Assembly: GCA_030654225.1 (NCBI GenBank) | Contig: JAURXY010000027.1 | Span: forward strand, 1-58,980 | DNA length: 58,980 nucleotides | Direction of reading: 5' to 3' | DNA from: a bacterium | GTDB lineage: Bacteria; Patescibacteriota; Minisyncoccia; Moranbacterales; UBA2206 | In this document: in pieces, positions 42,993 to 53,228 of the stretch | How the letters are laid out: each line of letters opens with the position of its first letter | Position numbering within the stretch: position 1 is the stretch's first letter | Position numbers and translations under genes: made by a program | The notes under the pieces: generated by a model | What the model was told of the DNA's origin: nothing | The model's database searches: none | Seen by the model: the letters and a program-made list of their open reading frames with translations, nothing else

Positions 42993-44171
42993 ATGTTAAA
43001 GAAACGCTATCTACAAGCTAAAATAGAGAAAGATCTTGAAAGTAAGATGGTTTTCATTGGAGGTCCCCGTCAAGTCGGGAAAACCACCCTCTCTAACCTA
43101 ATTGGCAAAGAAAAATATCCGGTTTTTTCCTATTTGAACTGGGATAATTCGCAAGATAAAAAAATAATTATGTCTTCAGAATTTGATCCGAAATCAAAAC
43201 TGCTCATTTTCGATGAAATTCATAAATATCCTCGCTGGAAAAACTATATCAAAGGACAATTTGATAAATATAAAGATCGTTTTTCTATCATTGTAACTGG
43301 AAGCGCTCGCTTGGATTTATACAAAAAAGGAGGAGACTCAATGATGGGGCGCTATCATTATTTTCGACTTCACCCTTTTTCATTGGCTGAATTACTTTCT
43401 GCTAAGCTTCCCAGCATTGAACCTTTTACCGAATTAAGCTTTCCTGAAAATCAACAATCTTTTCCAATCTTTCAAAAACTTTTAACCTTTGGCGGATTTC
43501 CAGAATCACTTTTTGCTGAAAATATGGAAACATCCCGTCGTTGGCATAATCAGAGAATTGAACGCATCGTCAAAGAAGATATTCGAGATATTGAAAATAT
43601 TAGAAATCTGTCACTATTGCAAATTTTAGTTGATAATTTGCCTGATCGCGTCGGATCTTTACTGTCTCTCAATTCTTTGCGCGAAGATTTGGAAGTAACC
43701 CACAAGACTATTTCTTTTTGGATGAACATTTTGGAAAATTTTTATTACCACTACAGAATTTATCCCTATATGTCCAAAACAATCCGCTCACTCAAAAAAG
43801 AACCGAAAATGTATCTTTGGGATTGGTCGCAAGTTCCTGATGACGGAGCAAGATTGGAAAATATAGTTGGTTCGCATCTTTTGAAACTTTGCCACTATCT
43901 TCATGATGCCAAAGGCTACAAGGCAGAGCTGTCTTTTTTGCGCGATATTGATCAACGCGAAGTTGATTTTCTCATCACTGTCGACAAAAAACCGTGGCTA
44001 GCAGTTGAAGTGAAAACAACTGAGCAGAAAATTTCCAAAGACTTGTATTATTTTGGAGAAAAATTGAAAATTCCTTTCCGCTATCAATTGACAACCACTG
44101 CGAATGTTGATTTTATCAAAGACAATATAAGGGTAATGAGTGTTGATAAATTTCTAAGCGGTTTAATATAA
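42993..44171 (+). CDS. AAA-family ATPase with a DUF4143-type C-terminus (paralog 2, divergent)
   Basis: GPRQVGKTTL Walker A, LIFDEIH Walker B, and an EVDFL C-terminal motif shared with the paralogs. Confidence 0.8.
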   Translation: MLKKRYLQAKIEKDLESKMVFIGGPRQVGKTTLSNLIGKEKYPVFSYLNWDNSQDKKIIMSSEFDPKSKLLIFDEIHKYPRWKNYIKGQFDKYKDRFSIIVTGSARLDLYKKGGDSMMGRYHYFRLHPFSLAELLSAKLPSIEPFTELSFPENQQSFPIFQKLLTFGGFPESLFAENMETSRRWHNQRIERIVKEDIRDIENIRNLSLLQILVDNLPDRVGSLLSLNSLREDLEVTHKTISFWMNILENFYYHYRIYPYMSKTIRSLKKEPKMYLWDWSQVPDDGARLENIVGSHLLKLCHYLHDAKGYKAELSFLRDIDQREVDFLITVDKKPWLAVEVKTTEQKISKDLYYFGEKLKIPFRYQLTTTANVDFIKDNIRVMSVDKFLSGLI

Positions 44172-44267
44172 TCCAACGAAAAAGATATTGGCAAGCCTAA
44201 AATTTTTCCTAACAAAAAACTCGAGGATCAACCTCGAGTTTTTTAATTTTGTTGTAATATGAATTTT

Positions 44268-44852
44268 CTATTTTATAATCTTATCCACTATCCCATATTT
44301 CTTAGCTTCTTCAGCACTCATAAAATAGTCGCGCTCGGCGTCACGTTCGACTTTTTCCAATTTTTGTCCGGTGTGACGCGCCATAATTTCATTGAGTCTT
44401 TTTTTGATACTCAGGATATGTTTGGCATGGATGTCGATGTCCGTAGCTTGTCCTTGCGCGCCACCCATCACTTGATGAATCATCACTTCGCCATTTGGCA
44501 AAATCATTCGCTTGCCTTTTTCTCCAGCCAAAAGAAGCAGAGCTGCCGCTGAAGCTGCCATTCCCACACAAATGGTGGAAATACTTGGTTTCACATGTTG
44601 CATGGTGTCATAAATTGCCAAAGCCGAAGTCACTTGCCCCCCGGGAGAATTGATGTAGAGCTTGATATCTTCCTTGGAATTTTGTGAAGTCAAAAACAAA
44701 AGCTGGGCAATGATTGAGTTAGCCGACACATCATCAATCGGCCCGCCAAGAAAAATAATTCGGTCTTTCAATAGTCTCGAGTAAATATCATAAGCTCGCT
44801 CGCCATAACTAGTTTTTTCGATGACAGTTGGAATTAGATACTGGTTATTCAT
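44268..44852 (-). CDS. clpP: ATP-dependent Clp protease proteolytic subunit
   Basis: [24 protein letters not shown] (catalytic Ser) and IHQ. Start moved to [12 protein letters not shown] at 44852; the track start is 44921. Confidence 0.93.
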   Translation of the reverse strand: MNNQYLIPTVIEKTSYGERAYDIYSRLLKDRIIFLGGPIDDVSANSIIAQLLFLTSQNSKEDIKLYINSPGGQVTSALAIYDTMQHVKPSISTICVGMAASAAALLLLAGEKGKRMILPNGEVMIHQVMGGAQGQATDIDIHAKHILSIKKRLNEIMARHTGQKLEKVERDAERDYFMSAEEAKKYGIVDKIIK

Positions 44853-44951
44853 AGATATCTGAACCACCTGATTTTCACTGATTATCCTGATTGCACTTGA
44901 ATTAAAATTCAGTGTAATCAAGTGATCTCATGTGCTAATCAGTGGTTCTGA

Positions 44952-46232
44952 TTAAAGTTTTTCCAAATAATCAAACACCTTCTCATTCTCCAAAACTCCC
45001 TTACTATAAGTATACAATCCTTCCATGTCAATATTCTTCTCCATATCTTTGACATTTTTATAGTATTGCAAAGTCTTATTCATTTCGGCTTCAACTTCTT
45101 CAGAAGTGGCTTCCAAACTTTCCATTTTAGCCAATTCTTTGAGCGCCATCGCGCTAATCACTCGTTTCTCAGCTTGCGGTTCCCAGTCATGAATCAATTC
45201 TTCCTTGTCTTTTTTGATTTGCGCCAAGTATTGATCAATGTCCATCCCCATCGGCGTAAGTTGGTATTCAAATTCTTGAAGCATTCGATGAGATTCTTGA
45301 TGAACCAAAATTTCAGGTAGTTCTACGGTGGAATTTTTTATTATCTCTTCAATATATTTCACTCTCTTTTCATCTTTCATTTTATGCAAAGCTTCGTGCT
45401 CCATTCCTTCTCGCATATTTTTCTTGAGTGCTTCCAAATTTTCAAATTTTCCCAGTGACACTGCAAATTCATCGTTGATTTCAGGAGTTTGCCGATCTTG
45501 AACTAGATTTACTTTCACTTTGAAGCTTGCTGGTTTTCCAGCTAAATCTTTTTTGTGATAGTCCGCTGGAAAATTCAATTCAAATTCTTTTTCTTCGCCC
45601 TCTTTCATGCCAATGACTTGTTCTTCAAAGCCAGGGATAAAAACTCCTCGGCCAATGATGAGTGGATGTTTTTTGCTAGTGCCGTTTTCAATTGGCACAC
45701 CACCTACTTTCACTTCGAAATCAATTTCTACATTGTCATTTTTTTGTGCTTCGCGGGTCACTGTCACCAACTTCACTCGGCTGTTGGCCAATTTTTCCAA
45801 TTCTAATTCCAAATCTTTTTCATCCACTTCTGGTTTTTTTTCTTTGTACTCTTTGTTAATTTCTTTTATCCCCTTCACATATTTTTCTTCCACCTTGATT
45901 TCCGGCATCACCGCTACCACAGCTTTATATTTCAAATCCTTTCCCTCTTCGATTTTTAAAACTTCCACTTTCGGACTACCAATGGCTTCGATTTTTTCTT
46001 TGACGATAAAATCCGCATAACTTTTTTGCACCGCTTTCTCAGCTGCGCCATTCAGGATCACTCCTTTGCCAACTTTTTCCTCAACCATTTTTCTTGGGGC
46101 TTTGCCAGGACGAAATCCGGCGATATTAAATTCTTCCGATGTCTCTTTGGCAACTGCATCCAAATATTTTTCCCATTCTGCCGAAGGAATAGAAACTTCA
46201 AATTCAATTTGCGATTTAGGTAAATGTTTCAT
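44952..46232 (-). CDS. tig: trigger factor
   Basis: GFRPGKAP ribosome-binding motif, a central FKBP-like domain, and the tig-clpP order. Confidence 0.93.
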   Translation of the reverse strand: MKHLPKSQIEFEVSIPSAEWEKYLDAVAKETSEEFNIAGFRPGKAPRKMVEEKVGKGVILNGAAEKAVQKSYADFIVKEKIEAIGSPKVEVLKIEEGKDLKYKAVVAVMPEIKVEEKYVKGIKEINKEYKEKKPEVDEKDLELELEKLANSRVKLVTVTREAQKNDNVEIDFEVKVGGVPIENGTSKKHPLIIGRGVFIPGFEEQVIGMKEGEEKEFELNFPADYHKKDLAGKPASFKVKVNLVQDRQTPEINDEFAVSLGKFENLEALKKNMREGMEHEALHKMKDEKRVKYIEEIIKNSTVELPEILVHQESHRMLQEFEYQLTPMGMDIDQYLAQIKKDKEELIHDWEPQAEKRVISAMALKELAKMESLEATSEEVEAEMNKTLQYYKNVKDMEKNIDMEGLYTYSKGVLENEKVFDYLEKL

Positions 46233-46345
46233 ATGCTTTTCTTTACTAATTACTAATCGAATACTAATATACGAATAATGAGATAGAATTAAATAAATAA
46301 TTTTTAATTTTCGCAGGAATTACTGTCTGAGAATTTTTATTTTTT

Positions 46346-46389
46346 CCAAAATTTTTCTGCGTCGCCGTCGGTTGTCAGAAAAATTTTGG
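46346..46389. repeat. perfect 14-bp inverted repeat (core of a roughly 80-nt hairpin)
   Basis: CCAAAATTTTTCTG-N16-CAGAAAAATTTTGG. The outer arms extend imperfectly to about 46335-46415. Confidence 0.7.
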
Positions 46390-46441
46390 TTAAAAAATAA
46401 GAATTCGAGTTAATTTCAAGAAAATTTAAAATTATTATATG

Positions 46442-48463
46442 TTAGATTAGCAATCCGACTATTAGCAGTGCTACGATATTAAGAATTTTAATCATAGGGT
46501 TAATCGCTGGTCCAGCTGTGTCTTTGTATGGGTCCCCAACAGTGTCACCTGTCACCGCAGCTTGATGAGCAAAACTGCCTTTGCCTCCAAAGTGTCCAGT
46601 TTCAATATATTTTTTCGCGTTATCCCAAGCTCCGCCTCCACTTGTCATAGAAATTGCCACAAAGATTCCTGTTATAATTGATCCAACCAAAAGTCCCCCG
46701 AGCGCTTCCACTCCCAAAACAAAACCAATTAGAATTGGAGTAACTACCGGGATAAGAGCTGGTACTATCATTTCTCGAATTGCAGCTTTAGTCACAATAT
46801 CCACCGTGCTACCATAATCAGGTTTTTCTGTTCCATCCATAATGCCTGGTTTTTCCTTGAATTGTTTTCGAACATCCTCTACCACTGCTCCAGCAGCTTT
46901 CCCAACCGCTTGCATACAAAGTGCTCCAAAATAATATGGCAAGAGTCCACCAATAAAAAGACCCGCCAAGACTTTTGGATCATTGATCATAAATTGAACA
47001 GTGTTTGGAATGCTATGAGTAAAGTCAGCAAATAAAACTAACGCAGCCAAAGCAGCTGATCCGATAGCATATCCTTTTGTCACTGCTTTTGTAGTGTTGC
47101 CAACGGCGTCCAAGGGATCGGTAATATTTCTAACATCCTCTCCCATTTCAGCCATTTCCGCAATACCTCCAGCGTTGTCGGTAATTGGACCATATGAATC
47201 AATCGCCACAATTATCCCTGCCATCGAAAGCATCGCCATTGCTGCAATCGAAACACCATAAATTTCAGCTAGTGAGTAGGCTGAGAGTATCGCAAGCACA
47301 ATCACAATCACTGGCAGTGCTGTTGATTTCATTGAAACAGCTAGTCCGGCAATCACATTTGTTCCATGTCCTGTTTTTGAAGCCTCAGCAATATCTTTTA
47401 CCGGTTTATATTTTGTTGAAGTATAATATTCAGTAATAACTACCATTAGAGCCGTCACAATAAGTCCAATAAGCGAAGATAGATAAAGACTAAGTGTGGA
47501 ATATTTTCCGTTGTCTGCCATGAAAAAATTTGTGGCAGGATAAAAAGCAATTGCAGCTAGAACTCCAGAAACAATCAATCCCTTATACAACGCTTCCATA
47601 ATATTTTGACTCCCGCCTGCATCGCTATGTGAAGCATTGCGGGCAGGTTTCCCAAGCTTCACAAAAAAAGTTCCAATGATTGAAGTGATAATAGAAATAG
47701 AACCTAATATCAAAGGAAAAATAATCGCGTTAGAAAAATTTGCGAAGAGAAGAGATCCTAATATCATAGTTGCAATGGAAGTCACGGCATAAGTTTCAAA
47801 AAGATCCGCCGCCATTCCAGCGCAGTCACCAACGTTGTCGCCAACATTGTCCGCAATCACCGCTGGATTTCTTGGGTCGTCCTCTGGAATTCCTGCTTCA
47901 ACTTTTCCCACAAGGTCAGCTCCCACATCTGCTGCCTTGGTGAAAATTCCGCCACCTAGTCGGGCAAAAATTGAAATTAATGATCCACCAAAACCAAAAC
48001 CGATGAGAGCATGGATGTCTCTAGTTATAAAATAAAATCCAGAAGTTCCGAGCAGTGCCAAACCAACCACTAGCATTCCCGTAATACTTCCCCCTTGGAA
48101 AGCCACCGTCAAAGCTTTTTGCATTCCACCTCGAGCTGCCTCGGCAGTTCTCACATTCGCTCGTACCGAAACATTCATTCCAATGTACCCTGTTAGCGCT
48201 GAAAGAATTGCACCAATAATAAAAGCAATAGCTGTTAACCAACCTAGACTTGGAATTAGCCCGATAACAACGAATAACACAACTGCCACCACTGCCACTG
48301 TTTTATATTGACGATTGAGATATGCTTTCGCTCCTTCTTGAATAGCTTTGGCAATTTCTTGCATTTTTTCATTGCCACTTGGCAAACGCAAAACCTTTTC
48401 AATTAATATCACTCCATAAATGATAGCGGCTACTGCTCCTCCCAAAATGAATAGTGTCGTCAT
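46442..48463 (-). CDS. hppA: membrane-bound H+/Na+-translocating pyrophosphatase
   Basis: [29 protein letters not shown] and [11 protein letters not shown] motifs, with about 16 TM helices. Confidence 0.95.
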   Translation of the reverse strand: MTTLFILGGAVAAIIYGVILIEKVLRLPSGNEKMQEIAKAIQEGAKAYLNRQYKTVAVVAVVLFVVIGLIPSLGWLTAIAFIIGAILSALTGYIGMNVSVRANVRTAEAARGGMQKALTVAFQGGSITGMLVVGLALLGTSGFYFITRDIHALIGFGFGGSLISIFARLGGGIFTKAADVGADLVGKVEAGIPEDDPRNPAVIADNVGDNVGDCAGMAADLFETYAVTSIATMILGSLLFANFSNAIIFPLILGSISIITSIIGTFFVKLGKPARNASHSDAGGSQNIMEALYKGLIVSGVLAAIAFYPATNFFMADNGKYSTLSLYLSSLIGLIVTALMVVITEYYTSTKYKPVKDIAEASKTGHGTNVIAGLAVSMKSTALPVIVIVLAILSAYSLAEIYGVSIAAMAMLSMAGIIVAIDSYGPITDNAGGIAEMAEMGEDVRNITDPLDAVGNTTKAVTKGYAIGSAALAALVLFADFTHSIPNTVQFMINDPKVLAGLFIGGLLPYYFGALCMQAVGKAAGAVVEDVRKQFKEKPGIMDGTEKPDYGSTVDIVTKAAIREMIVPALIPVVTPILIGFVLGVEALGGLLVGSIITGIFVAISMTSGGGAWDNAKKYIETGHFGGKGSFAHQAAVTGDTVGDPYKDTAGPAINPMIKILNIVALLIVGLLI
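47612..47647. repeat. 36-nt GC-rich palindromic element inserted in frame in hppA
   Basis: CCCGCCTGCATCGCTATGTGAAGCATTGCGGGCAGG encodes [13 protein letters not shown] within a loop. Confidence 0.8.
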
Positions 48464-48493
48464 AGTTTTAAAATTAATAATTATTTTAAAATT

Positions 48494-49780
48494 TTATTCG
48501 CTTACTTCTTGTGTTTCTTCTTTTTCTTCTATCATTTCCTCTTTTATTTCCACTTTTTCAGTTTCATTTTTTTCATCTTCGATTTCCTCACCTTCTGGTT
48601 TCAACCCCTTAATATCAATTTTCCAACCGGTAAGTTTGGCAGCCAAGCGCACATTTTGCCCACGCTTACCAATAGCTAGTGACAATTGATCTTCTGCGAC
48701 AAAAACCACCGCTTCATTTTTTTCTTCATCAATGTCCACTTTCAAAACCTTAGCAGGAGAAAGAGAAGCTGAGATAAATTTTGCCACGTCTTCATTCCAA
48801 AGCACAATGTCAATTTTTTCTCCGCCCAACTCATCAATCACCGCTTGCACTCTTGTGCCTTTTTGTCCGACACAAGAACCAATTGGATCAATGCCGTCTT
48901 CTGAAGAAGTTACTGCAATTTTGGTTCGCTCTCCCGCTTCTCTAGCGATGGATTTTATCTCCACTGTACCGGCAAAAATTTCCGGCACTTCCAACTCAAA
49001 CATTTTTTTCACCATATCTGGATTGGTTCGACTCAAAGTTATCCCAGGACCTTTTGTTCCAACATCAACTTTTTGCAAATATACTTTCACTCTTTGCCCT
49101 AAACGATAATTTTCTCTTTCAATTTGTTCATTCGGAAAAAGCACTCCAATTGATTTTCCAAGATCAACAAATACATTTCTTCCTTCCACTCTTTGCACCA
49201 CACCACTAATAATTTCTCCTTCCTTGTTTTTATATTCTTCAAACATTGAATCTCTTTCCGCTTCACGAATTCTTTGAATGATCACTTGTTTGGCTGTTTG
49301 CGCCGCCACTCGTCCATAATCACTTTTTTGTTCTAATTCTGTTTCGATAATATCACCAATCACTGCATCCTTTTTTATCTTTTTTGCTTCTGCTAAAGTC
49401 AAATCTCTTTCCATATTATATCTTGGCAATCTTTCTTCCTCGCTTTCTGTGTCATTCTGTCTTTTTTCTGTGTTTTTCTGTATTTTTAATTCTGTGTCAT
49501 TCTGTTCTTCAATAAATTCGCGCGTTGTTTCGTCTACTACTTCTTTGACAAGAAAGAATTTTGCTCCACCTGTGAGCTCATCAAATTCAGAGCGAATATT
49601 TTGTCCCCGTTTGCCATAATCTTTTTTGTAAGCTGCCGCCAGTGCCGCTTCAATTGTTTCCACTACTTTTTCTTTGGAAATTCCTTTTTCCTCGCAAAGT
49701 GCTGAGATAGCACTGCTAAAATCACCAGTTCTTCCTGCTGATTCATTTTCCTCGTCTTTTTTCGCCTTTTTCTTTGCCAT
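48494..49780 (-). CDS. nusA: transcription termination/antitermination factor NusA
   Basis: N-terminal domain, S1 (GEIISGVVQRVEGRNVFVDLG) and two KH domains. Start set at MAKKKAKK (49780) instead of the track start 49906. Confidence 0.93.
   Translation of the reverse strand: MAKKKAKKDEENESAGRTGDFSSAISALCEEKGISKEKVVETIEAALAAAYKKDYGKRGQNIRSEFDELTGGAKFFLVKEVVDETTREFIEEQNDTELKIQKNTEKRQNDTESEEERLPRYNMERDLTLAEAKKIKKDAVIGDIIETELEQKSDYGRVAAQTAKQVIIQRIREAERDSMFEEYKNKEGEIISGVVQRVEGRNVFVDLGKSIGVLFPNEQIERENYRLGQRVKVYLQKVDVGTKGPGITLSRTNPDMVKKMFELEVPEIFAGTVEIKSIAREAGERTKIAVTSSEDGIDPIGSCVGQKGTRVQAVIDELGGEKIDIVLWNEDVAKFISASLSPAKVLKVDIDEEKNEAVVFVAEDQLSLAIGKRGQNVRLAAKLTGWKIDIKGLKPEGEEIEDEKNETEKVEIKEEMIEEKEETQEVSE
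49445..49506. repeat. TCTGTGTCATTCTGT word array inside nusA
   Basis: Encodes EEQNDTELKIQKNTEKRQNDTESEE in a loop of the NusA N-terminal domain. Confidence 0.75.
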
Positions 49781-49790
49781 AATATAATTT

Positions 49791-49870
49791 ACAGAAAGCA
49801 ACACAGAAATTTGCAGAATGACACAAAAAAATTCTGTGCCGTTCTGTATTTCTTCTGCGTTTTTCCGTGT
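49791..49870. repeat. the same word family in both orientations, upstream of nusA
   Basis: ACAGAAAGCAACACAGAA..GCAGAATGACACA / TTCTGTGCCGTTCTGTATTTCTTCTGCG. Confidence 0.7.
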
Positions 49871-49959
49871 TATTTTTAAAAAAAGTCCGCTTTCCGCGAA
49901 CTTCATCCAGACACTATCTTACTTTTAGATACTATCAAAATAACAGCAATAAGTCAATA

Positions 49960-51087
49960 CTAAAAAATAAACTCCGCATAATTATCCTTATTTATCAATG
50001 TTACATTACTTTGTGCATAAGTTTTCAAAAATATTTCCGGTATCTTAAATTTATCTTTTTTCCATTTAATTTCAAAACCATTGAGTTTTCCGCCAGCATC
50101 TTCAAGATAATCAATTTCTTTACCTTCTTTTGTACGCCAAAAATATGTGTTGCGATCCAACCCATTGTTGCTGTTGAATTTCAACCTTTCGCTAATCAGA
50201 AAATTTTCCCAAAGCGCTCCCACATCTTGACGCAAATTCAAAGGATTTAGATTATTGATAATAGCATTTCTAACCCCTGTATCAAAAAAATATATCTTGC
50301 GAAGTTCTTTCAATTCGCTCCGCAAATTTCGACTATATGGATTGAGTCGAAAAATTATAAAAGCTTTTTCCAAAATTTGAATATAGTTAGCTACTGTATT
50401 TTTGTCTATACCTACGGTTTGCGCTAATTCATTATATGAAACTTCATCGCCAATTTGCAATGCTAACGCTTGCAATAGCTTCTCAATCGCTTCGCTGTTT
50501 CTGATGCCTTGAAATTCCAAAATATCTTTATATAAATAACTTTTTGCCAAACTTTTCAAATTTTTTTGAGCTTCTTTTCCACCATCAATCACTTCCGGAT
50601 ACATTCCAAAAATAATTCGTTGCTCCAATAGTCGATTCAACTCTAGTTCAGAATAAATAGCCTTCAGTTCTGAATAAGAAAAAGGATAAAGGAAAAATTC
50701 ATTTTTTCTGCCTGTGAGTGGTTCTGCGATTTTGTTGGAAAGATCAAAGGAAGATGAGCCTGTAGCAATTATTTGATTCTCCGGAAAATTATCGGCAATT
50801 AACTTCAGAGTCAGTCCGATATTTTTGATTCTTTGGGCTTCATCGAGAATGACTATTTTTGCTTTTCCTAAATAAGCCTTTATTTCAGTAGAAGTTTTAT
50901 CCGAAAAAGCCTCTCTGATGTCTGGCTCATCGCAATTGAGATAAATTGATTCAACAAGATATTTTTTTTGAATTTCTTTGACCAAGGTAGTTTTGCCAAC
51001 TTGTCTGGCGCCATAGATAATCACAATTTTGCCTTTAAAAAGGGCTTTTTCCACAGAATCTTGAATTTTTCTCTTTATTATTTCCAT
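49960..51087 (-). CDS. AAA-family ATPase with a DUF4143-type C-terminus (paralog 3)
   Basis: IIYGARQVGKTTL. Close paralog of 17607-18749 along its whole length. Confidence 0.8.
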   Translation of the reverse strand: MEIIKRKIQDSVEKALFKGKIVIIYGARQVGKTTLVKEIQKKYLVESIYLNCDEPDIREAFSDKTSTEIKAYLGKAKIVILDEAQRIKNIGLTLKLIADNFPENQIIATGSSSFDLSNKIAEPLTGRKNEFFLYPFSYSELKAIYSELELNRLLEQRIIFGMYPEVIDGGKEAQKNLKSLAKSYLYKDILEFQGIRNSEAIEKLLQALALQIGDEVSYNELAQTVGIDKNTVANYIQILEKAFIIFRLNPYSRNLRSELKELRKIYFFDTGVRNAIINNLNPLNLRQDVGALWENFLISERLKFNSNNGLDRNTYFWRTKEGKEIDYLEDAGGKLNGFEIKWKKDKFKIPEIFLKTYAQSNVTLINKDNYAEFIF

Positions 51088-51120
51088 ATATTTTCTCTTT
51101 TTAGTGAATTAACTAACCTA

Positions 51121-51149
51121 ATTATATATCCTTTTGGTGAATTTGTCAA
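51121..51149 (-). promoter_or_regulatory. canonical sigma70-like promoter of ATPase paralog 3
   Basis: TTGACA 51144-51149, N17, TATAAT 51121-51126. Confidence 0.6.
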
Positions 51150-51446
51150 TCATTATCTCTTTTTTTATCGGTAAATACCTAATTTTTTAGTACTTACGCT
51201 AATTTTATGCAAAATTTTTACTCCTTTATTTGAAGCTTATTTGTCATATTGTATTTTATAAAATACATACTGCCAAACTAAATTTGACTTTTTTCCAATT
51301 TTGTGCTAGTATTTGGTGTTATCATAATAGTGTGATGACCGGCTAAAAACTTCATTTTTGGAGCCGTCAACATAAGGTTCCTTAACAATTTCATATCACA
51401 CATAAACTTAAACTTCTCGCATAAGCGAGAGAAAGAGAAGGACAAA

Positions 51447-52199
51447 ATGGTTGACACCGAAAAAAACAAGACAGAAAAAAAAGAAAAAAGAAGTACTGGG
51501 AGAATGATTTGGGAAGCACTCCAGACTATTGGGGCTGGTGCCGGGATCCTGGCATTACAGCACGCGTTGAATGAAACATTTACAAGCGCCGGCAAAAAAG
51601 CTGGCGAGGTGGTCAGTAAAAAAATCGGCGATGCTTTCGGATTAAGTTCCGAAGAAGCCGAAAAAACCGATGATGATGAAATATCTCTTGGGAAAGTATA
51701 TGTGCGAGGAATATTGACTCCGAATGAAGTAAGGGATATTAAAATCTGGATTGAAAGTCTGAGAAATTCTAGTGAGACTGAAAAACTTGCTGATGAATTT
51801 GTCAGGCGCATTCATAACGCTCTTGTAAAATCAATAAAATCGCACGAGATTGAGACAGGCACAAAAGATAAACCCAGAAAAAAAACCGTTGTGGATGATA
51901 CCGAGGGAATGAAAATCGCAGTAGGTTTGATCCGTGATATCCTCGCGGAATCAACAGAAGAAAGAAGATTTGCGATATTGAAAAGAGAAAAAATTAAAAT
52001 TCCAGTTAAAAAACCTACCCCCGCAGCCGATGCAGTTAAAAGATTCGGCACAAAGACAAAAGAAAAAATTAAAGAAACTGGCGAAAAAGTCGCACAAGAC
52101 CAAAAAGCCAATTTTACCGACCTCGGCTCATTCGCCGAAAATGCCCACGCAAATGCGAAACAGCGTCTCAAAGACGCATTCAATAACAGGAGAAAATAA
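51447..52199 (+). CDS. hypothetical charged protein (250 aa)
   Basis: AGAAGGACAAA precedes the ATG. The promoter is TTGACT 51284-51289, N17, TAGTAT 51307-51312, giving a leader of about 130 nt. Confidence 0.55.
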   Translation: MVDTEKNKTEKKEKRSTGRMIWEALQTIGAGAGILALQHALNETFTSAGKKAGEVVSKKIGDAFGLSSEEAEKTDDDEISLGKVYVRGILTPNEVRDIKIWIESLRNSSETEKLADEFVRRIHNALVKSIKSHEIETGTKDKPRKKTVVDDTEGMKIAVGLIRDILAESTEERRFAILKREKIKIPVKKPTPAADAVKRFGTKTKEKIKETGEKVAQDQKANFTDLGSFAENAHANAKQRLKDAFNNRRK

Positions 52200-52202
52200 A
52201 TC

Positions 52203-53168
52203 ATGCAGATCATCATCGTAGTAGTCATATTGGCAATTGTGCTGTGGGTATTTAATACCACAGTTAGAAATCTCGTCAACGCCGGCGTTATGAACACGCT
52301 GGCATGGATTGTTAGTCACACTCCAACGATTGGTGGAATATTGGTAGCGATTTTAGCTATTATCTCCATACCAATCCTATTGGGGGTTGGCTGGATTGGC
52401 ATGTGGACATCCATCGGCAATTGGGCACTTTCGCCCATGGCTGGATGGATAATTGCCATCGGGGGAATAGTGGGAATTTTTTTTCTTGGCTGGTTAACTC
52501 GTCCACTAATTGCCATAGCAGTTATGATAATCGCGTTCGGTTTGTGCTTTCCAACTATTAAAGGAGCAATGAATCGATACAGCGCAAGCACTGAAATACA
52601 AATAGCAAACGAACTTGATGGACAAGCCCTGCAAAAACCATTACAGGGAGTTATGCCAGCAACAGTAATCAAAGATGCCGTTTTATACAAAGACAACGGT
52701 GAAATAACAACAATAGCAGTATCAGCAGGAACAGAGGTTGTAACTGTCGATTTAGAAAGACGACAATTCGTCGGAAATCCAGAAGCTTTTGCTCATATTA
52801 TGATACCGAGCATTGTCGGAGATTTCAAAGATGGAAGTATTGGCTGGATCCCGGTACGAAAGTTGCGCCTTGGAACAACCCCACCCTCCACCACCGACAA
52901 CACACCGGCGGAAGAAAAAAAGGTAATTATGGAAGTTTCAATAAGCGGATCGGAGTTTTCGCAAAACATTAATACTCTCCCGCTAGGAGAATATGAAGTA
53001 AATTTCAGCCCAGTTGCAGCGGCGGCTGGAGCAACATATTCTGTCCTCCTTCCAAATGGCGGAATAGAGACAAAAGAAATTAAAAATAATTTCATATCCA
53101 TTAAAGGAGGCGAGAAGGGATGTGGGCTTTGGACGGCAATAAAGTCCAAAGTAAAAATTTCTCAATGA
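52203..53168 (+). CDS. polytopic membrane protein with an SH3b-like central segment
   Basis: ACAGGAGAAAATAAATC precedes the ATG. Four or five N-terminal TM helices. ...GTEVVTVD......GSIGWIPVRKL resembles bacterial SH3, but this is weak. Confidence 0.5.
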   Translation: MQIIIVVVILAIVLWVFNTTVRNLVNAGVMNTLAWIVSHTPTIGGILVAILAIISIPILLGVGWIGMWTSIGNWALSPMAGWIIAIGGIVGIFFLGWLTRPLIAIAVMIIAFGLCFPTIKGAMNRYSASTEIQIANELDGQALQKPLQGVMPATVIKDAVLYKDNGEITTIAVSAGTEVVTVDLERRQFVGNPEAFAHIMIPSIVGDFKDGSIGWIPVRKLRLGTTPPSTTDNTPAEEKKVIMEVSISGSEFSQNINTLPLGEYEVNFSPVAAAAGATYSVLLPNGGIETKEIKNNFISIKGGEKGCGLWTAIKSKVKISQ

Positions 53169-53173
53169 GAAAA

Positions 53174-53206
53174 AAGGGCAGGGGTCAATCATGACTCCCT
53201 GCCCTT
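53174..53206. terminator. bidirectional terminator between convergent genes
   Basis: Stem AAGGGCAGGG/CCCTGCCCTT (10 bp). Confidence 0.75.
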
Positions 53207-53228
53207 AAATTTTGCAAAAAAATGAAAA

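Noticed and set aside
48494-49906. Long NusA start (49906), and likewise the long ClpP start (44921)
   Set aside because: The N-terminal extensions are hydrophobic or low-complexity and not part of the conserved families. The internal Met codons at 49780 and 44852 give canonical N-termini.
51278-52297. Minus-strand ORFs 51278-51811 and 51812-52297, opposite the 51447-52199 gene
   Set aside because: Their Ser/Phe/Leu-rich products are typical of antisense frames. The plus-strand gene has a promoter, an RBS and a sensible composition.
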